DNA of 64,000 bases from Octopus bimaculoides (Eukaryota). The DNA lies in contig NC_068988.1 in NCBI RefSeq assembly GCF_001194135.2, positions 44,150,260-44,214,259 of the forward strand, given 5' to 3'. Made by a program: the position numbers and the translations under genes. This document shows, in pieces, positions 50,306 through 63,565 of the stretch. Each line of letters starts with the position of its first letter. Position 1 is the first letter of the stretch. Under the pieces are notes generated by a model, which was not told the origin of the DNA, ran no database searches, and saw nothing but the letters and a program-made list of their open reading frames with translations.

Positions 50306-50501
50306 TCCTTTAGCATTCAGATTATTCTATCAAATGTAATCCTTATCTATCCATATTGTTTTGAGTTCAAGATTTCGACGATATGATCACTTATTTTTAG
50401 AATGTTATTAAAAGTTGCTGTGAGACACCAAATGTGGACAGTTTGAACATAAAACAGGTATATTATTTGGGCCAGATATGGCCAGTTTAAATGCTAAAGG
50501 G
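50306..50501. mobile_element. piggyBac-like MITE
   Basis: TTAA TSD at 50302-50305 and 50502-50505; 12-bp TIR with 1 mismatch. Confidence 0.75.
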
Positions 50502-52359
50502 TTAATGCTTCTAGTCAATATAAGGCTATTGATTCACTAACTTTCCCCCTATTTTGTTCTGTTAAACAGAATAAAAAATTTAAAAAAGAATTAATGCTTA
50601 ATTTCAACTAAAGAGATAGAAAGAATGATGACTTGTATATTCACTAGTAATACATTCCAACAGATTCAAAAGTGACTACGCTGATCACTGTTGTATTTCG
50701 TCAAGGAGAACAACTCCTTTCAGACGAATATGTGTTCATAACACATTTGATTCATTAGTGTAAGGGGGCTCTGGGACAAACCCAAAACAGAAGTAGCAAA
50801 CAGAGTGGAGTGGGAAGTCTTAACATGATCAGTCTAGTTTGATATGTATGCTAGAAGACTTGGAAGAGAACTAAGAAGCAGGAAAATGAGGAAGAGGAGG
50901 AGGAGACAGCAGAAGGAAAGGTGGGGAGAGACAGGAGATGTAGTGTGTCACCACTGATTGTAGAGGTTCTCCTGATAGGAAGAGGCAGATAAAAGAAGGT
51001 ATTGGCTCTACTGAGAAATCCTAATACAAAACATAAGGTACAGTAAGTCACATACAATGGGGTTACAGTGACATCCTAACACATAGCCTATACAGATTCC
51101 AGACACAGATAAGTTGGTGTGGAAGCGCGCATGCACACACACCCACACACACACACAAAGAGCTACAAAAGACAAAGGGAGCCTCACTACACAAAAAGAT
51201 ATACACATAACCACATAGACATGCACACAGCTAGACAGGATACACAGAAACACAAACACACACACACACACATAGAAGCAAACAACTACAATCTCAGACA
51301 CACAAAACCAGGTATATAAACAACATACATTCATATACAAAAACAGACTACTAAGACATACAATTATATAAACAATGCTCACACACACACACACAGCTCT
51401 GCAGACAGCATACACACAGCGATACAGACGACATACACAGTTATACACACAACTACACAGTGACATACACATAGATGTAAGTACACTGTATTCATGAATA
51501 AACAATGGTTTATTTATTGTGAGTTTCATCATCATCATCATCGTTTAACATTCGCTTTCCATGCTGGCATGGGTTGGACGGTTTGACTGAGGACTGGCAG
51601 GCCAGTAGGCTGCACCAGGCTCCAGTCTGCTCTGGCAATGCTTCTACAGCTGGATGCCCTTCCTAAAAGCAAAGCTCATTTTGCAGCTACATGGTTTGGG
51701 TTTCTATCCTACTGCACAACACCTCGAGCAAGTGTCTTCTGCTGACAATTTTTATTATACAAAACTTGTAATCCTGCTTGTAAAAACAATTTGCTCTGTC
51801 CTACAGTGACAAGATTTAAGTGGACAATGATGAAATTGATGTTAACAACAACATAACTGAGATTGACATTAACAAAATTGAGACTGAGAATGTGACAAAT
51901 TCAAGGGTGACACTCACTAGGTTGAGGTTGACAATGTCAAATTTGAGAGGAAAACCTTGCATATAGCATCATCATTGTTTAACATCCGTTTTCCATGCTG
52001 GTATGAGTTGGACAGTTTGACAGGAGCAGGGAAGCCAAATGACTACAGCAATCCCTACTGTCTGCTTTGGCATGGTTTCCATGGCAGGATGCCTTTCCTA
52101 ATGTCAACCACTTTACAGAGGATGCTGGGTGCTTTTTACATGGCACTAGTGCCAACAGAGTCACTAAGCAACTTGCAAGACAAAGACTCCTAGATAAACT
52201 GGGAGAGGGAACAGTACTGAGGGAAGTGGCTTTGTGCCAGTTGATGAGAGGTTAAATTATAAGAGGGATAGAGATAGTATTTTGCTGCAGTGGAGATACA
52301 TGGCTACTCCAACTAGAAACGAGAGACAGACAGACAGACAGACAGAAATGGTGATGGAG

Positions 52360-52586
52360 CTAGCAGAAACGTTAGCATGCCGGGCAAAATGCTTAGCGGT
52401 ATTTCGTCTGCCGTTACGTTCTGAGTTCAAATTCCGCTGAGGTCGACTTTTCCTTTCATCCTTTCGGAGTTGATAAATTAAGTACCAGTTATGTACTGAG
52501 GGTCGATGTAGTCGACTTAATCCCTTTGTCTCTCCTTGTTTGTCCCCTCTATGTTTAGCCCCTTGTGGGCAATAAAGAAATAAGAG
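52360..52586 (+). mobile_element. tRNA-derived SINE family A with target-site duplication
   Basis: Similar to 18214-18452; flanked by direct repeat ATGGTGATGGAG at 52348-52359 and 52587-52598. Confidence 0.8.
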
Positions 52587-53822
52587 ATGGTGATGGAGAA
52601 GTGTACCTAAAGGCATAGTGGGAGGTGAATATAAGTCAAGCAGTACAAAGAACTGGACAGGGTGAGTAGACAGGAGTGGGGTAGAGAGGGGAAAGTTTTA
52701 TAAGTGTGTGAGGAGAGATGGTTAGAGATGGAATAGGGGTGAGTGTACAAGAGATGGTGAGAGATATAGGAGAGGTTAAGAGGGGTTCTATGGTAGATGT
52801 GTGAGGATATTGAGAGTGATAGTAGATAAGAGAGGTGTTAAGGACAGAGTATAGCAGAGAGAGAGAGAGCAATGACTGAAAGCACAGAAAAGAAGTGATT
52901 GGTGGAAATAATGGGCAGGGAAGATAATGAGAAATGGAAGTGGTTCCAGTGGGGTGGGAGGACGGTGACCAAAAGGAAGGGAATGAAGAGCGTGTTTCTT
53001 TTAATAGAAAAGTGTATATATTTATGTGTCAAACTGTCCAACCCATGCAAGCATGGAAGGTGGATGTTAAACGATGATGATGATGATATATGTAGAATAA
53101 ACCATAAAAGTTAGGAGGTAAGAGTGGTGAATATATATTTATTTAACCACATGACATCTTTAGGGTTACAGTTGTTTCGTAACCTTCTTTGTGTAGTTTG
53201 CATTAATATGCATGCTTGGCATTATACAACAGAATCACCACCACCATCATCATTTAACATCTGTCATCCTGGACAGTTTGACCAGGGCTGGTATGCTGAG
53301 GTGCTGCACCAGACTCCAGTCTTATTTGGCATGGTTTCTATGGTTGGATGCCCTTCCTAATGCCAAATATATATATATATATATTATCCGCCACTACATT
53401 CCTCCATGGCAAGGTTTAATTTGTGTATACAAATTTAATTTGCGGTCCATGGGAAGAGCCGTTTTAGCGATGCGTCCTGCCCAGCTCTTCGAAACGCCGG
53501 TGTTAAAACGGGGGTAGCTGATGAAGAAGAATGTTCTCTATGTGGCTTGTGTGTTTTCTCGTCTACGTTTTGTTTGCAATGTCCTGTACCCAGATATGCA
53601 CCTATACATACAGGTGGATGGCGGTATGCACATACCTGTACGTATATATGCATATACTCATTTACTATTTGTTTATATATATATATATTTATATATATAN
53701 NNNNNNNNNNNNNNNNNNNNNNNNNNNNNNNNNNNNNNNNNNNNNNNNNNNNNNNNNNNNNNNNNNNNNNNNNNNNNNNNNNNNNNNNNNNNNNNNNNNN
53801 NNNNNNNNNNNNNNNNNNNNNN

Positions 53823-53856
<34 letters not shown>

Positions 53857-55995
53857 AAGAGAGAGAGAGAGAGAGAAAAGAGAAAGACAGGTATACACAC
53901 ACACATACACATTTATATTATTACCATCAGTCATTTTTACTTTCATTATTCTAAAGTGGCATAGGTTAGATTACTCTTTTTCAGTATAGTGTCTCCACTT
54001 GTGATCCTTTGACATCTTTTTTCTAGGTTCTAGCATTCCTGAGATTAGACCTCACTGCATCTTTCTATAGTTGCTTGCCTGTCTTTTCTATCGGGTATAC
54101 AGCTATATAAACACACATACATGCACACAAGACTCCACCACACTTACAAAAGCAGCATTGCACACAAGAATTTAACACAATAGTGGTGGTTCGTATTGGC
54201 AATTATCAGTTCAATACAAAACTAAACACGTTGATATTGCCTAAGGAACAGAGAATTCATATATTAGATAGAATTCGTTATTCTGGCAGTTATACAAATA
54301 GTTATGCAGAGAAATACCCCACTAGACAAACAAACAGACAGGCTTACACAGAAAAGCTATGCAGAGAGAGAAGTGTATAGTCAGCTATATAGAGAAGATA
54401 TGCCGAGAGTTAGAGTTAGATAGTTTACACAGGAGACTACACGGAGAATAACACACAAAATTATACAGGGAGACGATATACACGTCTACATCAGATATAA
54501 TAGATATCTAGGCAAAGAAGTTTACACAGTCAGCTATAAAGAGAGAGAATTAAATAGACAGTTGTACAGGGAGAATTACACATCTGATGACAATACTACA
54601 TGTCGAGATACACAGAAACATTCAGTGATGAACACCACAGTCTGGCACAGAAAACCAGAAAATAGGGTGCAATGGTTCTGTGGTTGCTTAGTGTTGTTTC
54701 TTGTAATAAGTATCATAGAATACGAATATTGCTCTTTAACTGCAAGTTATATCTGATAGATATTATGATCAAAGGTATTTGAGCAATATTTTTGGGGATA
54801 TGCACAACTACAATATCCCAACGTATCCAATTGGGATACATACAACCACAATATCCAATTCTTCGCTCTTTAAGCAATTAGGGTGTGATTTGAGGGAAAT
54901 TTGGATGCTATTTCTAGCAGGTAGATCGAACACATGAGGAATGGTGGCTCATTAGTGATGGTGATGCAAATGGTGATGATGATCAGAAGATGATGGTGGC
55001 AACGGTGCTGATGATAATGATAAAGATTATGATAAAATGATGGTGATGGTGTTGTTTCACACTGAATCTTCCCTAACTGTACAGACCTATGATGAAAGCA
55101 TGCCAACTATGACATCCCAGGCATCTGGTTTTGTTTGTTTTTTTTTTTCATAGTGTATCTAGGATTACATTATCCAATGTATCCTTCCGTTTTTAAGATT
55201 TTAAGATGAATGAGATGTAAGTCAAGAAAGATTTGGTTTCACTTTCTAGCAGATCAGGCAACTATGTAGAGTTTCCTCTCAATGTTGAAGACGATGATGT
55301 GATGGTGATAACGACGGTGAATATGCTGGTAGTAATGATGAAAAAATTGATAGTACAGATGATAGTGGAGATGATGAAGATGATAGTGCAGATGATGAAG
55401 ATGATAGCAATACAGGCAGTGGCGGTGGTGAAATGATGATGATGATGATGCGGATGATAGCAATGTGGTTCAGATGGTAATGATGATGACGACGATGATG
55501 ATGCTATCAGTAACCAATCAATATGTTCCATGCTGTGTTGTTTGGCAGAGGATGTGGAATGAAGGGGATACCAGCAAAGGAATTGAAAGAATGGAAGTCT
55601 GGATTTTAAGTCTTGGCAGACTGGTATGTGTGTGTATGTGTGTGAGTGTGTGTGTATATTTGTGTACATGTGTGTGTGTGTGTGTGTGTGTGTGAAGAAG
55701 TGGGGGGGGGGAGTTGTGAGTGAATGTACTTGAAGAAATTGGATGAACTAGTGCATTCGATGACTTCTGTAGACACGTGCTTGTGTGTGTGTGCACGCAC
55801 ACATACACACCTCTCTCTTTCTCTCTCTCTCACTTTGATATATATATGTCATATAAAAAAACAAAAAGGCGCATGCATATTGCAGATGTGACTCAATCCA
55901 AGTGGGGTTGCCATTTTAAGGCAATATATTCAAAAAGATGCTGATTATTTAGGAGGAGAAGGATAACCTGGAAACAATTAAAGCAGCTGCATCAG

Positions 55996-56026
<31 letters not shown>

Positions 56027-56224
56027 TGCACATACATGTGTGCATATGCATGTGTATGCAACTGAGTGCATGTGTGCATCTGGGAATTCATTTGTATACA
56101 TGTATGTAAATATATATGCGTGTGTGTATCATTATCATCATCATCATCATCATCATTTAAGGCCCGTTGTCGAAGCTGGCATGGGTTGGAGTTTGACCGG
56201 GGCTGGTAAGCTGGAAGGCTGCAG

Positions 56225-56270
<46 letters not shown>

Positions 56271-58028
56271 TACTAAAGTGTCCCTTGTCCATCATTAAGA
56301 TAGTGCTTCTGTGGCTATTGAGTTGTTTTGACTCTTATTTCTAGCAATACCGGTGCTGATTAGTGCCCTTTGTCACTTTAGTGATGTACATATTTCTGCC
56401 TTTAGGTTGTGAAATTGCGAATTAGCCACCGATATTATTTATCTCTCTCTCTCTCTTTCTACCTATATATATATATAATCATAAATATATAGGGATTAGC
56501 AGTAGCCTGCTTCTCCAACATACTGAGAATTCAGAAATAGCAGCCAAAGAACTACTGATTCCAAAACTACAAATTTTTCTCTAATGGATAGCGATATCTA
56601 TCGCTATCCATTAGAGAAAAATTTGTAGTTTTGGAATCAGTAGTTCTTTGGCTGCTATTTCTGAATTCTCAGTATGTTGGAGAAGCAGGCTACTGCTAAT
56701 CCCTATATATTTATGATTATANNNNNNNNNNNNNNNNNNNNNNNNNNNNNNNNNNNNNNNNNNNNNNNNNNNNNNNNNNNNNNNNNNNNNNNNNNNNNNN
56801 NNNNNNNNNNNNNNNNNNNNNNNNNNNNNNNNNNNNNNNNNNNNNNNNNNNNNNNNNNNNNNNNNNNNNNNNNNNNNNNNNNNNNNNNNNNNNNNNNNNN
56901 NNNNNNNNNNNNNNNNNNNNNNTATATATATATATATATATATATTTAGGCAGTGCTCCAGCATGGCCACAGTCACATGACTGAAACAAGTAAAAGAATA
57001 AAAGAACACATTTATGTATTCATTCTGTTGGATCATATAGAAATGAATGTGTGTGTGTAAATATATATTGTCTTCTAAGGCTATGAATGTGTATAAATAT
57101 TATATACGAAGAGTATTAATGCATGTGTATATGAGAACGTATGTATAAGTGTTTGTGGATGTATGTAACGTCATTGTATTCTGAGGATGTGAATGCTAAA
57201 ATAGTGAGTACATACATATGTGTATGTGTATTTGTATACAAATGTGTATGTGTATTTGTATTTGTATATAAATGTGTATTTGTATATAAATGTGTATGTG
57301 TATGCACATGCAATTTATTGAGAAGACTATGGCATTATCAGCCATAACATGCCATGCCTGTTGGTTTGGCATCAGTCTAATGTGATGGGAAAAAAGGGGA
57401 CAGCAGAGGTTGGGTTTCTGACAAACAAGGAGCATGGGGAGAAAGGGATGAAGAAGCCAGGTGTGAAGTTAGCAGAAATAACAGGGAGAGCATTTCGGGG
57501 AAAGAAGAGGAAAGGAAGAGCTGTTCATATTTTCAGGTTTTCAGTTAAATTACTCCCTAAAGGATTGTGTTAGTTCAGTTATAACTTTGCCAATCTAAGC
57601 CCTTAGCTTGGATGGCTGGTTTGATGTATGCAAGTGTGTGTGCATAAATAAAATAGATAAATAAATAAATAGATAGCTAGATAGATAGATAGATGAGAGA
57701 GAGAGGGAGAGAGGGGGGATAAAGAGAAACAGAGAGACAGACAGATAAATAGGCAGATAGATAGAGACAGACAGACAGATAGGACAAACATAAAATAGAT
57801 AGNNNNNNNNNNNNNNNNNNNNNNNNNNNNNNNNNNNNNNNNNNNNNNNNNNNNNNNNNNNNNNNNNNNNNNNNNNNNNNNNNNNNNNNGAGGGAGGGAG
57901 GGAGGGAGAGACAGATAGATAGATAGATGAGAGAGAGAGGGAGAGAGGGGGGATAAAGAGAAACAGAGAGACAGACAGATAAATAGGCAGATAGATAGAG
58001 ACAGACAGACAGATAGGACAAACATAAA

Positions 58029-58061
<33 letters not shown>

Positions 58062-60559
58062 CAGACAGATATATAGACAGACAGACAGACAGATAGCTAG
58101 ATGAGAGAGAGGGGAGAGAGAGAGAGAGACAGATAGATAGCTAGATGAGGGAGAGAGGGGGGAGAGAGAGGAAGAAAGAGAAACAGACAGACAGACAGAC
58201 AGACAGACAGATAAATTAAGATAGACAGACAGACAGATAGATAGATAAAATAGACAGACAGACTAATGAACTGAAAAAGGAGGGTGGCAGTGGATAGGTA
58301 GAAAGGTAAATGGAGAATGAGATAGATATAGAGAAAAATCGAAAGACAGATATACAGACAGTTAGAAAGGTGAAGTGTAGTGTAGTGACAGTTAGACAGA
58401 CAAACAAATTTCCAGGTATCTAAGCAAAAACAGCCAGGAAAGTCAGATGGGCTAACAAACAGCTGGTTAGAGAGAGATGAACAGCCACACACAAGATAGA
58501 CATCCTTCTAGATAACTACATATAGGAGCAGATAGACAGACAAGTTAGCTAGCTAGAGATATAAGCTGCCTGGCTAGATATATGTGTATACAACAGACGA
58601 TGATATCACACTGGTGTGAAATGCAGCTAAACAAAAGATAGTCGGCACTATTGTTAGAGTGGAATGATATGAACTCAAAGGTGAGAATGTGTGAACAACT
58701 GTTCGTACCTAATCTTCAGGCAATACAAGATGAGGAACAAGAAAATCTGAGCACCCAAACAGTAAGACTGGTGAATGGATAATCAAATAAGAAATTAAAA
58801 GGGTATTAAAGACTGGCAGATTAGATTAAGAGGATATGTATTCTTATGTGTGTACATGTCATCATCATCGTTGTTTAACATTCATTTTTCTATGCTTGCA
58901 TGAGTTGAACGGAATTTGTCAAAGTAGATTTTCTATGGCTGGATGCCCTTCCAGTCACTGACCCTCATTTACTTCCATTTTTGCATTTATAATAAAATAA
59001 ATATATACAAATTCTAAAAATAATAAAAATATATGCAAATTCTAAAAATAATAAAAATACATATACAGTACAGTACTGTTTCTGCTTCATGAATTTTTAC
59101 CTACTGTGGGGTTTTTGGAATGTAACACCCGTGACAGTCAAGGGATTACTGTATTCTGATTGGGTAGAAAACAGCATCAGTTCTATATTTAACCATTTAG
59201 ATATCAACCACCTAAAACTACCCTTGGTTCTATGATACTAACTCAATTTTAAAGTAGTCTAAATTAAATCCTGCCATCTATTTATGTTTCAAACACCAGC
59301 TTAATAATGACAAGATTCTTTTCTTTTTCTTTTTCATCTAAAACAAAGGCAGTGTTTTTCAACAGAAATAATAGTAAGAAAAGGAGCTGAATAATAGAAA
59401 TAAAATAAAATTTTGCAGTGCAGAAACATTAGAATTTGAGAACCACAATCAAAACAGAAGCAAAATGTTCAACAACTATAGAATTGCAATTTAAATTTTT
59501 TATCTGGTTGAGATTTTTATCAGCTTTCATTTAGCCAACAGAAGCCTGCCATCAATTTGGCAATTTAATAAAGTAAACATACAGTGACATATTTATGTAA
59601 TGCACCATAGAGCAAATTAATTCAATCTGTATGCAAAACCATATTTAGTTTTACTGCAACTATAGAACATGTGTTCTACAGTTAAATGTAGAATACATGT
59701 TCAACAATTAATAACAATAAATGATTTATTAATCAATGAAATACTATCTGAAGACACCAGAAATTAGAGGTGAAACACTTAAGAAATTCAGAGATTAAAT
59801 ACAAAAATATCCTTGATTTGGTGTAGGGGTTGGGGTGGAGACAGTGATTATGATTTTTCATCACTGTGCAGGATAGACAAGTGAATACCAACTATAGCTT
59901 TTATTTCTCTTTGTTCCTTCTTGCGTGGATCAATATAGTCCAAGGTCATGTGGATATATTCATATACAGATTGTTAGTATCAGAGAGGACTGTAAAGGTC
60001 ATGAACTTAGCTCCTCTTCTTTGACTAATTTATAACAAATACCAATATTTGCTGGAAAATATCTGGTGACTATGACTTGATAATTATGAGTGGATGACCA
60101 GTCGTAAATGAAATTGGAAACAGAAATTGATATACCAAAATTTGTAGATGTTTACATTTGAAACCAACACTTTTACAAACTGAAACAACAATAAGAGTTA
60201 CAAAACAGTCCCTTTATTTGCTGATGCAGTAGCTAAAACTCATTAATGATGTAACAAACAACACCTTTATTAATGTGACAAACAACAAATCCCTATTGAT
60301 ATGATAACCAACAAACTCCTCATAGTTTTTAAAATACTTTATGATTTAAATTTAAAGACAATATGTCCATAACAAAGAAAAGATGGTCACTACTATAAGA
60401 TTCACCAACACCAATACCAGACATACCCCTAGATCAGATAAAGACATAACACATCCAATGTTCTGAATGAATATATGGGTCTTTGTTCAAAGACTTTCAA
60501 ACTGATTAATGTTTATGCATCTCAACAATAACAATTTAATCATTTGTAAAAGAATAAAA

Positions 60560-61200
60560 GATGTTCAATACAAATTGTTCACTCAAAGAGCATTGGGTGA
60601 TGAGAGTTATCCATGTGATATTATCCTGAGCCAAACTGCATCGATCTTCCCAGGTGACACCCATCTCAATCAAGCCTTTCCATACAGTCCTGTACCACAT
60701 CATCTTTCTCTTTCCTTTAACTGTCCATTCTATGGCTATCCTTGACAGTTTCTTCAACAGTATGTGCAATACATGGCCAAGCAGCTTCCTTCTTTTAGCT
60801 CTGATAGTGTCTAGCAGTTCACCTGGGCAGAGCTCTTCTCATGATTTCATTGTTTGTGATGTGGTCACACCAAATGACCTTCAGGATAATTTTTAAGGTA
60901 CCAGTGATGAAAAACATTCACTATACTGCAAATCTTGTCCATCTGACCCCTCCTCCTTGCTTCATTTGCAAACAATGCTATATGAACAACAGATGTGTAC
61001 AAAGTTTAATCCCTTAGTAAGTGAACAACCATGACCATATCGATCCCAATCATTGGAAAATTGCCACTGCTTTGCCAAGTCTAGACTCAGCATCAATTTC
61101 TGATTTTCCGCTTCTACCATTACTGCTTTGCTACGTAAACAGAATCAACAAATTCAGTATTTTGTCCACCAAGGTTGATGGGTTTGAGTGGATTTTTGCC
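60560..61200 (-). mobile_element. Degenerate RTE-like LINE 3' ORF fragment (second family)
   Basis: Minus-strand pieces: PINLGGQNTEFVDSVY, ESRLGKAVAIFQ*LGSIWS, ILKVIWCDHITNNEIMRR, KLSRIAIEWTVKGKRK...EMGVTWEDRCSLAQDNITW (ORF track 60536..60769). These are typical post-RT C-terminal motifs of RTE-like LINEs. Confidence 0.7.
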
Positions 61201-61328
61201 TAGTATAAGACTTTTGTCTTTTGGGTTGATTTTCACCTATATATAAATATAAGACTTTTATGACAAAAAGAAAAACAAAACCTACATTATTAAAGGCCAC
61301 CATAGCTTGAAATTTATCAGTCTATGAG

Positions 61329-61535
61329 CAGTATTCCTTCTATGCTGTGCATACATTTTACAACTAATGCACAAAATAAAAAATGTGCACACATGAAGTT
61401 TTCAAGATGAAATGAAATTTTTTGCACAGCAAAAGTATGAGTAATGGATGTGCACATACTTTGCAAAAGAAGACAAAACTTGCACATTAGCAAATTTCTG
61501 TGCACACCCACTGCAAAAAATTAGAAGGAACATTG
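61329..61535. mobile_element. hAT-type MITE
   Basis: 14-bp TIRs CAGTATTCCTTCTA / TAGAAGGAACATTG; 8-bp TSD TCTATGAG vs CCTATGTG (6/8 match). Confidence 0.7.
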
Positions 61536-61589
61536 CCTATGTGCCAATAACAGAGCTTCTGAAGGTCACTCAATCTACTAAATATAGTA

Positions 61590-61790
61590 GTCAAATCTTC
61601 CTCAAATCACACCCTATCCTCCTCTCATAAAAGAAATAAATAGAAGGAAACATTGGATAATGTAATCCTAGATACACTATGTCAGAAAGAGGGATAGGAT
61701 AAAAAAAAAACTTTTGATCAAAGGACTGTTGGATCAGGTTTGACTAGGACAAATGAGCAACATCAACAACAAGCCATTCTGTTCGGACAA
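61590..61790. repeat. Unclassified ~200-bp dispersed repeat (family E)
   Basis: Motifs AAATAGCAGCCAAAT, CAAATCACACCCT, ACATTGGATAATGTAxTCCTAGATACACT, CAACAACA tail. Approximate copies: 7470-7575, 8575-8730, 9290-9510, 10370-10570, 14790-14880, 17510-17650, 24880-25315 (two in tandem), 26590-26860, 44900-45100, 54865-55290. Confidence 0.65.
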
Positions 61791-62114
61791 ATGAGAGAAA
61801 ACATCTTGACATCATTGTCAACAGGATCCTCAAGCTAAAAAGTGGTTAACATCGTCATTGCTCTCATTTTTAAATCCATTTTGTCATGTCAAGTTAATAA
61901 GAGCTGCACAGATTTGCAATAAATATATCTGCTTCACTTGACATATACCTCTCTTAAAAAGCTGGATGTAAAGAGGTAAGTCTGTATGGTGTTGGTGAGC
62001 GTCAGATCAACTTTGATTAAGAAAATTTAAATTCAAAATCATTCCAGTCTTTTTTTTAGGGTTATGTCAAAAACTACAACCTGTAATATTATGTCCATTA
62101 TTTATCTACAATGA

Positions 62115-62496
62115 TTGTTGTTGGCACTTCGTCGCTTATGACGACGGGGGTTCCAGTTGATCTGATCAACGGAAAAGCCTGCTCGTGAAAATTAACGTGC
62201 AAGTAGCTGAGCACTCCACAGACACGTGTACCTTTAACGTAGTTCTCGGGGATATTCAGCGTGACACAGTGTGACAAGTCTGGCCCTTTAAATTACAGGC
62301 ACAACAGAAACAGGAAGTAAAAGTGAGAGAAAGTTGTGGTGAAAGAGTACAGCAGGGTTCGCCACCATCCCCTGCCGGAGCCTTGTGGAGCTTTAGGTGT
62401 TTTCGCTCAATAAACACTCACAACGCCTGGTCTGGGAATCGAAACCGCGATCCTATGACCACAAGTCTGCTGCCCTAACCACTAGGCCATTGCGCC
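62115..62496 (-). mobile_element. tRNA-derived SINE (distinct family, young CpG-rich copy)
   Basis: Minus strand GGCGCAATGGCCTAGTGGTTAGGGC (A box), GGTTTCGATTCCC (B box), CAACAA tail; a decayed partial relative lies at about 290-540. Confidence 0.8.
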
Positions 62497-63565
62497 ACTA
62501 TTACAATACTAGAATATGATTTGGGAGAGATTAACAGCTATTTCTCGCATTCCAAGCTACCATGTTGTGGTCCTTCATTGGCTGTTGTGTATTTGTATGT
62601 TATGGCACAGACATAATGTATTAGAATGATTAAGAAATTCTCTTCAAAATCATGAAGCCCCAAGTTTAATCCCACAGTGTAGCGCCCTGGGAGACTGTCT
62701 TCTCTCATAGCTTTGTGACTGAAATTAGATAAACAGAAATTGTGCGGAAACCTGTTAAGTGAATTGGTGCTGTAATTTCAAGTACTCACTGAGTCACTTA
62801 CACAATAATACAATGAAAAGATGGCTCCATTTACAGAACAATTGTGAATACTGATTATTGAAAGTGATGTAGCATCCGTTAGCGTGAGCATTTCATTTTG
62901 TATGCATGTGATTTGTTTGAGTTTGAGGTTTTTGAATATGCACTATGGTGGACTGTTGATCATACTGTCCAAAGATCAATCCTTATCATAGCCATTGTGC
63001 TGTACACCTAAACTAAACAAGGTACAGAAATTGAGTCCATTTACCTCAGTTTCCCTGGCTAAATGAGGCACCACTTCACCAACATGCTGCAGATGTTAGT
63101 TTCAAGCTGAACAACAACTGTGTCAATCACACCAGTCTGCAACCTGAGTTTATAAGTTCATGAACTCTGTCTCTTCTCTGACTAAGCTATTAACAAACCT
63201 ACATGGTCCAGTTATTAGTGATAAAGAGGAAGGCAACGAACTGTAAAAAGGAATAACTAACAAAATACTAATGTTCAATACCATCTCCCTGAAGAGATAG
63301 AGAGAGGAAGAAAAAAAGAGCGGGAAAGGAAGAAAGGAAACTGAGAGAAGGATAAAGAGGAAAGAGAGAAAGCATCCATATCTGCATGTATCTTTTCTCT
63401 TAACACTTCAGTATTTAAACCAATCAAAATATTCTACCTGTTTTATATTTATACTGGCCAGATCTGATTTTTCACATGAACCCTACAAAATCATTCTAGA
63501 AAAATTAAGTTACCTCATCAAAATCTCACAGCTACAAGACAATACATGGTTAATTCAAAACAATC

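Noticed and set aside
53488-53530. GAAAC and CTGATGA (both halves of a hammerhead core) in the (TA)n-flanked repeat, also at 5552-5590 on the minus strand
   Set aside because: The order is permuted and no helix I can form between a valid UH triplet and CUGAUGA; the helix II closing pair would be A-C
50851-58492. Many 60-177 aa ORFs (CV/HT/LS/YI-rich)
   Set aside because: They arise from CA, GA, TA and GATA microsatellites or span N gaps; no splice-consistent or homologous content
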